Of a DNA stretch of 64,000 nucleotides, positions 1 through 15,600 are shown piece after piece. A program made the position numbers and the translations under genes. How positions within the stretch are numbered: position 1 is the stretch's first letter; each line of letters starts with the position of its first letter. The DNA is from Malacoraja senta (taxonomy: Eukaryota), in the NCBI GenBank assembly GCA_038087875.1, contig CM075994.1, positions 1,428,001-1,492,000 of the forward strand, written 5' to 3'. The notes below the pieces were generated by a model, which made no database searches, was not told where the DNA came from, and worked only from the letters and a program-made list of their open reading frames with translations.

Positions 1-499
1 CGCAAAGGAGCGGCAGTCAACGGGATAGATGGCAGGGACTGAGGAACGGGAGAGAGAATCTCCCCCCCCCCCCCCTACCACCCCTCGCTGGCTGCAAGTC
101 CGGGTCCGCCACCGAACCGGGACTGGCACGTCCAGCCGCCCTTCTGCATGGACCAGTGGAGAAATGAGAACTAGTGTCGCTAACTCCAGTAGCAATTCAA
201 CAGCGGGTGCAGCATGGGATAACCGGTTCGATCCAATATTTTTCTCCAGTGAATCTATGGCCTGGGCAGTCGGAATACCGAACTCGCTAATACGGGTATT
301 GAACATACATAAGACAAGATTGTGCCAAAACGTTTTCATTCAACGAGCCACGATATTGATTCACTGGTGCACACAGCCTCTGTGACTCAGTCGAAACGTA
401 TATTGCTGGTGCGTGATATTGCCATTGATGAGATCCTGATTTGTTCGTATTATTATTATTGTGTAGTGACTTTGAATAATTTGTGTAACAAATATTAAA

Positions 500-2390
500 A
501 CCATGTCTCATAAAAAAGAAATAGGCTCGTGGCTATTTACCAGAGTATCTGAAGATTTATTTCATCGAATCGGTTACAAACAGCTTCCAATGTGTTTACT
601 GTGCCGCAAGACATTTTCTAACGAAGCAATGAAACCAAGTCGATTGTGAGAACATCTTGCTACAAAGCATCCAAAAGATAAAGATAGGCCTATTGAATAT
701 TTTCAAGAACAGTATGAAAGATTAAAAATAGTCCTACAATAACTGCATCATTCAAGAAACAAAATGCAAAGAAAGAAGATGGATTAACTGCAGCTTATCG
801 TGTATCACAATTACTTGCAAAAAGTGGTAAAAGCCATAACATTGGAGAAACTTTGATAATACCCTCAATCAAGTAGTGCATCAGGATCTAACTGAAATTA
901 TAAAAACATTGCCCCTTGGCGATACCACAGTAAAAAGGCGACGCATTGATGAAATGGCGGTTATGTTGAAAATAATCATAGCTATTCTCCAAAATTCATC
1001 ATTTTCCATGCAGTTGGACGAGTCTACCATTGCAGATAATAATGCTTTATTGATGGCATCTGTACGCCATTTGATGAAAACAGTACTTTGCAAGAATAAA
1101 TGTTATTCACTTTAAATCTTATTACAGATACAAAAGGATTATCAATATTTACTGCTGTGAAATCGTACTTTGCAAAAAATAATGTGCCCTATATCTATAT
1201 TGTTGCATGCGCGACTGATGGAGCACCATCAATGATAGGTCGCCATTGTGGTTTTGTTGCTTATTTGAAGGAGGAAGTGCCAATGTGTATTCATTGTGTG
1301 GTACATAGGCAACATCCTGTAGGAAAACATTTGAGTACAAGCCTTCATTCATAATTAAGTATAATAATTATGGCTATAAATAAGATCAAATCGAATGCCC
1401 AAAATGATAGAATGTTTCGACAGCCGTCCCAGGACAATAATAAGCAATTTATTAGGTTACCGTTACACACAGAAGTTTGTTGGCTCTCAAAGGGTGCATG
1501 CTTGACTCGTTTTGTTGAATTATATGAGATTGTCATAAGTTTTTTGAAAGTGAAAATGAGGCTGGTCTCTGTCAACAATTAAAAACAATAAAGCATCATG
1601 CATTTTATTTGGCAGGCATTTTAAAGAAATGTTATGAACCTAATTTTCAGCTTCAAGGAGCCAACATAACACTTATCAGTTGCAAAAATGTTGTGTAATT
1701 ATTTATCGAAAAACTTGATCTTTTCCGTCATAAACTTTTGAAGAGGGAATTTTATCAGTTTCCGGAATTGTCATCAATAAAAGATCATGTGACTCCAGAG
1801 GAGATTGAATGTTTCAGTGGTCACCTCAATTAACTAAAATTGGATATGGAAAAAGGATTTAGTGATAGTTTGAACTTGAAGGTGTACGACTGGACGGTGA
1901 ATCCTTTTACTACAAATACTGTTGAGGCTGATATAACATGCCAAGAAGAACTATTAGAACTTAAATATGGTGAAGAGAGCAAATCAAATTTCAATAGTGG
2001 ATACCAAAAATTAAAAAAAATGGCTGCCTTATATCCAAATATGTGGAAAATGACATTAATTTATTGTTACCATTCCCTGCCTCATATCTAGTGGAATCAG
2101 GCTTTAGTGTTGTGAGTCATATTGTCACCAAACAGAGAAACTCTGAAAATCACTGAAAGAGGAGACCTTCACTTCGTTCCTTACGAAAATCGAACCAGAT
2201 ATCCAAAATTTAGTTTCTCAGCTTCAGGCTCAAGGATCTCATTAAATTAAAGGTAATTTCAATTAATGTTATTGATTTATGCAGGGTATGTAACTTTAAA
2301 AAAATTAAATATTAGTGGGCGGTACGGAAATGTATCCCTCACGAAAGTTACAAAAGTTGGCGCTAAGTATTAAAAGTTTGAAGAGCACTG
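500..2390 (+). mobile_element. Decayed hAT-superfamily (Buster/Charlie; ZBED8/SCAND3-like) DNA transposon with frameshifted transposase
   Basis: Fragments read SFSMQLDEST, ACATDGAPSMIG, CIHCVVHRQH, LHTEVCWLSKG and a C-terminal dimerisation region (YLVESGFS-like, near 2085). Right end ...TTTGAAGAGCACTG at 2390 is followed by CTTTAAAA (nnnTAnnn-type target). Left TIR not seen. Confidence 0.85.
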
Positions 2391-2394
2391 CTTT

Positions 2395-2690
2395 AAAAGG
2401 CAGCTCATCAGACCACATTTAGAATATTGTGAGCAGTTTGGGAAACATATCACAGGAAGGATATACTAGCATTGGAAAGTGTCCAGATGTGATTACGAGA
2501 ATAATCCTGGTGATGATTGGGTGAACAGTGCAAAGTGTTTTATGGCTATGGGCGTGTATCAATGGCGATTAGAAGTTGAGGAAGGTTCTTAAAGAAACCT
2601 ACTATATCTTATAATGACAGAGTGGACGTGGAGAGGATGTTTCTAGTAGTTGGAGAGTCTGGGGCCTGAGCGCAACAAAGTAAAAGGATG
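2395..2690 (+). mobile_element. Degenerate CR1 LINE 3' fragment
   Basis: RPHLEYC-like codons (agaccacatttagaatattgtgagcagttt) and similarity to the CR1 copies elsewhere in the window. Confidence 0.65.
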
Positions 2691-2797
2691 TTTAAGAAGG
2701 AACTGCAGATGCTGGAAAATCAAAGGTAGACGAAAGTGCTGGAGAAACTCAGCGGGTGCAGCAGCATCTATGGAGCGAAGGAAATAGGCAACGTTTC
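2691..2797 (-). mobile_element. Penelope-like element terminal (pseudo-LTR/tail) fragment, truncated at a GA tract
   Basis: Closely matches the left arm of the 42225-42445 element (gaactgcagatgctggaaaatc...ggcaacgtttc). Confidence 0.7.
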
Positions 2798-2937
2798 AGA
2801 GGGAGAGAGGGAGAGAGGGAGAGGGGGAGAGGGGGAGGGGGAGAGAGGGGGAGAGGGGGAGAGGGGGAGAGGGGGGGAGAGGGAGAGGGAGAGGGAGAGG
2901 GAGAGGGAGAGGGAGAGGGAGAGAGAGAGAGAGAGAG
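2798..2937. repeat. (GA)n/(GGGAGA)n microsatellite
   Basis: Direct sequence. Confidence 0.95.
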
Positions 2938-8200
<5,263 letters not shown>

Positions 8201-8289
8201 GCGCAAGCAGGCAGGCATGCAGGATAATCTGAGGAAGATAAAAAAGGACTGTGCAGTTCAATGGTTGGCCTTCAGTTAGCAGAGGGAGA

Positions 8290-10965
8290 CAAAGGGGAGG
8301 CTGGGGAAATGATTGGAATTTGGCTCCTAGTGCACCTCCACTCCCTATCAGCCCCCGGGTCAAACTCCACCCACACCACAGTCCGAGCCCTAGTCAGTGG
8401 TGACAGGAATTTACCCAAGTTTACCCAAGGCAGAGTCAGGAACCGACAGTGCATCCACCTCAGGCGTCTGACCCAAGAGAAAGGAGAAGCCCCAGTTTAC
8501 AGACCCGTAGCATGGCATACTAGGTCCAGTCTAGAGACCAGGCAGCGAAGGACAGGAGGAAAGGAGGTCACACAGTTGGGACTGTAGAAGGGAGCACTTG
8601 GCTGAGAAGCCAAACCTAGAGCAACAAGAGAAGGTGCTGAAATAGACGGAATAAGAAAGCATTCTCCAGGCGCCAATATCCTGTCAGAAGGGTCCCTAAC
8701 CCCAGAGCCCTAATACCTCCTCCACCCAACGAACACAACGGCGAAACAGCCATGAATAATGTGTGGCTGCCGTGGAAACCAAATGAGATGATGGCAATTT
8801 TGTTGGGAGTGCATAATAAGAATCCACAAGGTTTCATTGAATTTTTAAGAACAACGATATCTGTATATCACTCAGATTCCAGACCATTTATGGGCACTAC
8901 TTCAGCAAGTATTAACAGCAATTGAGCATACCAGATTCTTGGTTCACTTAACCTATGACAACCACACAGCCTTAGGGGCGGCGCACCCAGGGGCAGGTAA
9001 CAATGAGGATCGATAACAGCTTATGTTGACAGCCGTGGGCCTCACTCTCAGCAGCCAATCGATATATCGAAGGTTTTGGGTATGAAACCAGAGGAAGGAG
9101 AGGCTGCAGAAGATTTTTCTGGAAAGGTTGAAAACCATCTACGGCAACCAGTCAGGTGACACTCAGTATCAGCAAGGAAATGACTCGCCACAGTTTTGTG
9201 CTATGCTTATGAACTGCTTGCCTTCCAGCGTCGCAATGGCTATTAAAACCAATAATATGGACTGGTCAGAGTCTTCATCAGCCCGCATGTCAAGAGCTGT
9301 GAGAGCCTTTTCGAAAGTCTATACTATTGGAGACAGGGAAGGCCAGGTAAAGGTAATAAAACGAATATGTGATGAGAGAAACGAGAGAAGGGCTATCTGC
9401 AAATATTACATGGATTCCCAATATGCTTTTGGAGTGGTTCATGATTACGGACAATTAAAGGAAGATCGGGGGTTTCTAACCTCTTCAGGGACAGCGATAT
9501 CTCACACAAATTGGTTTCTAATTCGCTACAGACCATTCAGTTACCCAGTCAGCATGCTGTTATCAAAGTTAGAACCCATACTACAGGCCAAAGCCCCCAT
9601 AGACATAGGAAATTGCCTTGCCGACGGGGCAGCTAAGAAAGCTTCTAGGAGTTACCAAATTGTTGAGCCCCACATGATGAGGCAGACTAATAGTTTGAAT
9701 CCTTATTTTGCTATATGGTTAGGAATATGCGACTGATTACCGGACTGACTAACTGAAGGACGTTTAAATTGAGTGAATAGTTGTTTAAGCCAATTAGTAA
9801 GAAATGAGCTTTTTGTGAGCCTTTGCATATTCCAGATAAATTAAAATGAGGCGATTCGTCCTACTATGCATCCTGATGCTACTACAGATGGAGGGAAATG
9901 AAGGAAAAATTCAACGATGTGTCCCGGGACAAACAAGCAGAGTCTTTCACCTCTGCAAAGGAGATGTGGTACAGTGCAATGGCCCAGATGCCTTTGGATC
10001 TCGGAGCGTCACCAAGATTGACTATTGCAATGGGATACTGCGTCAGCCCGATCGGTGGGTAGACTTAGATAACCGAAACCTGTGGGAATTACCCTGTTGG
10101 TTTCAGGAGTGCAAATTTGACTTTTTCTGCAGACGGAATCCCTTGGAAGACAACTCGGCAAAGAAACATTTGTATGATGGACTATGCTATCGAGAAGCAT
10201 TAGAGGTCTACCCTTGTTTACAGGAGAAAGAAACTGGGGAAAAACACGGGAAAAATGGGCATTGGAAAAAACTGACTCGAACATGTTTATACAAGCCCAT
10301 AATGAACTATTTGATGAAGGACAAATTGTGTGTTACCTTGCTATGAAATCAGTTAGTTGCCTATTGCAGTGTCTACAGAGTGCGGGAGGACTGAACGGTT
10401 AGTAAGGTGTCAAGTTGAGAAGTCAGTTCCGGTCGAAACTGTCACCTAATTTTTGCCACTACCTCGTGACAATGAGCATTCTTACCCGGGTTTGAGGACA
10501 AGACTTATGCGGTGTACTATCAGAAATAGGTCTGTTCTCTTTACAGAATAGATATGCCTTATACTATCTGTTGGCCCGTGAGGGAGGGGTGTGTGCTATT
10601 GTGAAAGACAGATGTATGGTCAGGTCAGGTCAGAACTAGTAACATCACCAAACAGCAAAATGACATTATTACCCTGCTGAATGGGATGAAGGAGGGTATT
10701 GAATGGGGAGACTGGGGATTTAGGGGATTATATAATTGGATCATTAGTATGGCCATATATGCAGCAACATGTGGTTTTGTGTTTGTTCGTGGGAATTGCT
10801 TTCGTTAAATGTATTATTGCTAGACTAATGACATCCCTGGGTAATGTGGAAACTGGAGAAGATATTATTGAGATATTATTGCAACATCTAGAAGAAGACA
10901 TTCCAATGTTGAAGGATGAGGTAGTTGAAAGTATGGTAAATGCGCAGGTTGAGAAGGAATTGTTA
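8290..10965 (+). mobile_element. Internally deleted epsilon-like endogenous retrovirus remnant, copy 1 (gag CA - RNase H - env leader - env TM)
   Basis: Gag-like PWKPNE...DISKV...GEAAEDFLERL; RNase H YMDSQYAFGVVHDYGQL...GNCLADGAAK; env TM immunosuppressive-domain-like LQNRYALYYLLAREGG.C (about 10543-10600) followed by a hydrophobic anchor. No LTRs seen. Confidence 0.85.
9846..10346 (+). CDS. 166-aa Cys-rich ORF with signal-peptide-like N-terminus; probably frameshifted N-terminal part of ERV env (copy 1)
   Basis: ATG start, hydrophobic MRRFVLLCILMLL, many Cys; sits between RNase H and env TM; repeated at 21483-21983 with one amino-acid difference. Confidence 0.5.
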   Translation: MRRFVLLCILMLLQMEGNEGKIQRCVPGQTSRVFHLCKGDVVQCNGPDAFGSRSVTKIDYCNGILRQPDRWVDLDNRNLWELPCWFQECKFDFFCRRNPLEDNSAKKHLYDGLCYREALEVYPCLQEKETGEKHGKNGHWKKLTRTCLYKPIMNYLMKDKLCVTLL

Positions 10966-11108
10966 GCACTGTGGAGGAGGTGGGTACACGCCCCTAGTAA
11001 CGTTACTCCCTGCCCTGCTCACAGGTCTGTGACCAACCTGGAGTACATCAGTGTCAGTACAGTGGAGGAGGTCGGTACACGCCGCTAGTAACCTTACTCC
11101 CCACCCTG

Positions 11109-11199
11109 ACAGCTATGAACGATTATTCATCACGGAGCCACATTGTCTTTCAGCTGCACATGGAAGGGAGTGACTCTGCCAACGGCCTGGTGTGTAGAT
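11109..11199 (+). pseudogene. KIFC1: Displaced kinesin-14 switch-I exon fragment (copy 1)
   Basis: ACA GCT ATG AAC GAT TAT TCA TCA CGG AGC CAC... = TAMNDYSSRSHIVFQLHMEGSDSANGLVCR, ending at a GTGAGT donor (11200). Preceded by the same exon-end repeats found at 25640-25800. Confidence 0.85.
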
Positions 11200-11334
11200 G
11201 TGAGTAATTGCACCATTGTGAGTGGCTGGCACCGACGTGCAGGGCACCCTGGCCCAGTGTGGCTGCCGTCCTGTCTGTGTCTGTGTTTGGCCGGGGTCCT
11301 GTGAGGTAACAGTCCCACCTGGTTGAGCCACTGT

Positions 11335-11885
11335 GGGTGACACAAAGCTGGGTGCAGTGTGAACTGTGAGGAGGATGCTATGAGAATGCACGGTGACTTG
11401 GACAGGTTGGGGGAGTGGGCAGATTCATGGCAGATGAAATTTAATGCGGTTAAATGTGAGGTTGTCCACTTTGGTGGCAAAAACAGGAAGGCAGAAAGGC
11501 AGATTACTATCTAAATGGCATCAAGTTGGGAAAATAGGAAGTACAACGGGATCTGGGGGGTCCTTGTTCATCAGTCTATGAAAGTAAGCATGCAGGTACA
11601 GCAGGCAGTGAAGAAACCGAATGGCATGTTGCCCTTTATAACAAGAGGAATCGAATACAGGAGCAAAGATTTCCTTCTGCAGTTGTACAAGGCCCTAGTG
11701 ACACCACACCTGGAGTATTGTGTGCAGTTTTGGTTCCCCAATTTGAGGAAGGACATTCTTGCTATTGAGGGAGTGCAGCGTAGGTTTACAAGGTTAATTC
11801 CAGGGATGACTGGAGTGTCATATGCGGCTAGGATTGTACACTCTGGAGTTTAGAAGGATGAGAGGAGATCTCATTTAGAAGGATG
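11335..11885 (+). mobile_element. CR1 ORF2 internal fragment without 3' tail (copy 1)
   Basis: WQMKFNAVKCEVVHFG, PHLEYCVQFW. Confidence 0.9.
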
Positions 11886-12195
11886 AGAGTGGCACAGACT
11901 GGCTGAACAGATACGGACCACTCCTTTTGCTACGGCACTTACGCCTGCGGAAATCATATATGGTCGACGTTTACGGACGCCATGGAATGACCATGCCCCC
12001 GCAGCGGTCCATTTCCACCAGATGACTGAGGAAATGACATCCTATTTATTAACTTTAACCGGTGCTTTGCGAACTTCTCATTCACAGGTCAGGGCTGCAT
12101 ATGATGTGGCGCCAGCGCTCAAAGTTCCATCTAATATTGAGCCAGGTTGCTACGTGCTGGTCAGGAACTGGACGCATAAGCACTTGGACCCAATT
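11886..12195 (+). mobile_element. Retroviral integrase C-terminal fragment (copy 1)
   Basis: IRTTP...LTPAEIIYGR motif typical of retroviral/Gypsy integrase core end. Confidence 0.75.
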
Positions 12196-12608
12196 CGGTG
12201 ATCCCAATTTCAAAACCCTGCTGGTATATCACAAGAAAAGGTGCCATATGAAGAAAATGCGAAAAAAGTGCTAAATAACATAAATAATACAAAAAACAGG
12301 ATTTAAAGATACTGTACGTGCAGTGAGCTTCCGTGGATGTTAAATGCAATTAGCTCCGCCCCTTACAAAGTAATATTGCAAAAAAAACATCGGACTAAGC
12401 AGGATATTATGTAAACAGAAAAAAACAGAACAAAGACTGTAAATAATTTCCTCTAAGAGGGTTACATTTATTCTTATAGCTTGCCTCTAAGTGGGTATTT
12501 ACTATTTAAATACCCTATTTAAATTAAAAAATCTTGCTTATTGATATTCGTGTGTTAAATACAAAACCGGTTGAAGGGGTTAATTGAAATATCCAGCATT
12601 CTCACCGG

Positions 12609-12612
<4 letters not shown>

Positions 12613-12692
<80 letters not shown>
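12613..12692. repeat. (CT)n microsatellite
   Basis: Direct sequence. Confidence 0.95.
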
Positions 12693-12698
<6 letters not shown>

Positions 12699-15600
12699 CT
12701 TTTTCAAAAACTTTATTCAACACACTCAATAATACATCACATCAATACATAATCAAAAGATACATTATATCAAACCACATCATTATAGTACAACATTACA
12801 TTCATTATTTATTATACTCTCCACCCCACGCGGTGACCATCGCCCACGGAAGGCATCCAGAGTCCCCGTGGACACCGCATATTCCCGCTCCAGGGACACC
12901 CGTGCACGGACGTACGCCCGGAAGAGGGGCAGGCAGCCAACTCTCGCCTCACCATCGACCGCCCGCTGCCTGGACCCACGAATGGCCATCTTAACCAGGC
13001 CCAGGAGCAAACCGACAGGGAGGTCCCAACCCCCCACTTGACTCTCCCCACACCCTACTTTATGCCCACACACTAGAATCGTGGGACTAAAATGCAACCA
13101 AAACTTAAGGAACAACCCCTTCAGATATTGGTACAGGGGCAGTAACCTCTCACACTCCATGTATACGTGGAACACAGTTTCTTCCTCGCCACAGAAAATA
13201 CACGCGGCGGACGAACCCGTGAACCGACTCAAAAGTTTATTACAAACCACCGCTCCATGCAACAGTCTCCACCCCAGGTCCCCAATGTAAAGGGGGACAA
13301 CTCCCGTATAGAAGGACCCCCACCAGGGACCCCCCCCCACCATCAGGTGGTAACACCGTCCGCCACGGTGTGTCAGGACGGGAAACAAAGGCAAGGAGGT
13401 GCAGAATGTGCAGGAACATCCTATACAATGTGCGTCTCTTCGCATCACGAAACGGTATGCTGATCATCTCAGAAAGGCGGCTCAGGTTGTGTAGAGCCGG
13501 TTCCCGAGATATATCCCGGAGCCTTGGCCCGATGAGCAGATCTGACGGAGCAATTGAAAGCTCATCCAGAACCACTCTAGGCACTCGCCTCTCCTCGACA
13601 CCCGCCATGACTGGGCGAGGACCGGCCACTCCCGCAGCCGCACCACCCCCCTCCCCTCGTAGAACAACACGCTGACTGAAAACAACCAAATTCCTCACTC
13701 TGATCACATCCCGGTAGAAAACAGGCAAACCCCTTAGGGCGGGTCTACTGATGCCCGCCACCGGGAGCCGCGAGACCCCCCCTAGGCAACGACCACGACG
13801 AAAAAAATACGTGGCCAGAGCGTGCCATCTGGGGGGGCTCTCTACATACATATACCTCCGCAGAGTCCTGAGACGGAGAGCCGCCACCTGGGTACGCACG
13901 CATACCAAGGACTGGCCGCCCTCCTCTAACGGGAGACTCAGGACCGCTGCAGAGACCCAGTGCTTCCTATTCCCCCAGAAGAAATCTACCAGCTTCTTCT
14001 GAAGAGCATTTACAAATATGGAAGGTGGGACAAGAGTAGCCAGCCGGTACCATAACATAGAGGCCACCAGCTGGTTTATGACCAGCACCCTCCCCCGGAA
14101 AGAAAGAACTCCAAGCAAGCCCGACCAGCGCCCCAGCCGGGCAACCACCTTCGTCTCCAACTCCTGCCAGTTCGCCGGCCAAGCATCCTCAGGTAAACCC
14201 CCAGATAGAGGAGATGTGTAGTGCTCCACACATACCTTGCCATCTCCTCCGGCAGGGAATCCACTGCCACTGACCCACTAAAAGACCAGAACACTTACTC
14301 CAGTTAATCCTTGCAGAAGATGCAGCTGAGAAAATCTCCTGGCAGTCACGCATCCTCCGCAGGTCACCAGGATCAGTGAACATAAGGAGGACATCATCTG
14401 CATACGCTGAAAGAACCACCTCCAACCCCGGCCCAGGTAGGCCAGGCCTGTCAACCTCCTCCGAAGAAGACACAGGAACGGCTCCACACAGACCGAGTAC
14501 AACTGACCCGACATGGGGCACCCCTGACGGACCCCCCTCCCAAACTGAAAGGGAGCCAACAACGCACCATTAACCTTCACCAGGCACTCCGCTGCAGCGT
14601 ACAAAAGCCGGACCCGGGCCACAAAATGCGGTCCAAATCCAAACGCTTGCAACGTCCCGAATAGGTAATCATGCTCTACCCTATCAAAAGCCTTCTCCTG
14701 ATCAAGAGACAGAAAAGCAGCTGACTGACCAGTACCCTGAACTATATGAATTAGGTCCCTAACCAGGTGGATGTTATCCTGAATGGACCTGCCAGGGACC
14801 GTATAGGACTGGTCAGGATGAATTATTTGAGACAGCACAGGGCCCAGGCGATTTGCCATTGCCCGTGCAAATACTTTATACTCTGTACATAGGAGAGATA
14901 CCGGCCTCCAGTTCTTCAACACGCGGAGTTTGCCCTTCTTGGGCAGCAAGACAACAACTGCCCTACGCCACGATAGGGGCATCGCCCGGCCGCCAAACTC
15001 TCCCCCAGCACCAACATGTAATCACCCCCCAGGATATCCCAGAAAGCTCTGACAAACTCCACCGTCAACCCATCCATCCCGGGTGACTTACCCTTCCTGA
15101 GCTGAAACAATGCACAAGTCACCTCCTCCAAAGATAAGGGGCCATCAAGAAGATCGGCCACCTCCCTATCAATAGTCGGTATACCCTCCCACAATTCCTT
15201 CTGAGCCTCCCCGTTATACCCCCCTCCGGAGAACAGGGACCCATAAAATGACCTGACCTCCTCACTGATCCTCTCCGGATCAGTGACTGAGGATCCATCA
15301 TCTGCGAGCAGCTCTACGAGCTGCTTGCAGGCTCCCCTCCCTTTCTCCAAAGAGAAAAAGAAAGGCGACGCTCGGTCCAGATCTTGCATCATCTGTACCC
15401 GCGCCCTCACGAAAGCGCCTCGGGACCGCTCAAGCAGCAGATTCCTCAAGGCTTCCTTCTTCTCCTGAAACTCTCCCCATTCACAGGAGTCCTCACCATC
15501 CCGACCCAGGCGAGACTCTGCACCCTGTAGCTCCCTCTCAAGCCTCGCGACCGCTGAGTCCCTCCGTCCTGTCGACCCCCACGTATACTCCTTACAAAAT

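Noticed and set aside
8290..12610. Copy 1 as a pure haplotig artefact near the N gap
   Set aside because: Not excluded, but distinct left flanks and the substantially diverged right part argue against a simple false duplication.
12560..12612. piggyBac as proven carrier of the duplicated cassette
   Set aside because: Homology between copies continues past the TTAA into the CT tract, and no left TTAA|CCCC end was found.
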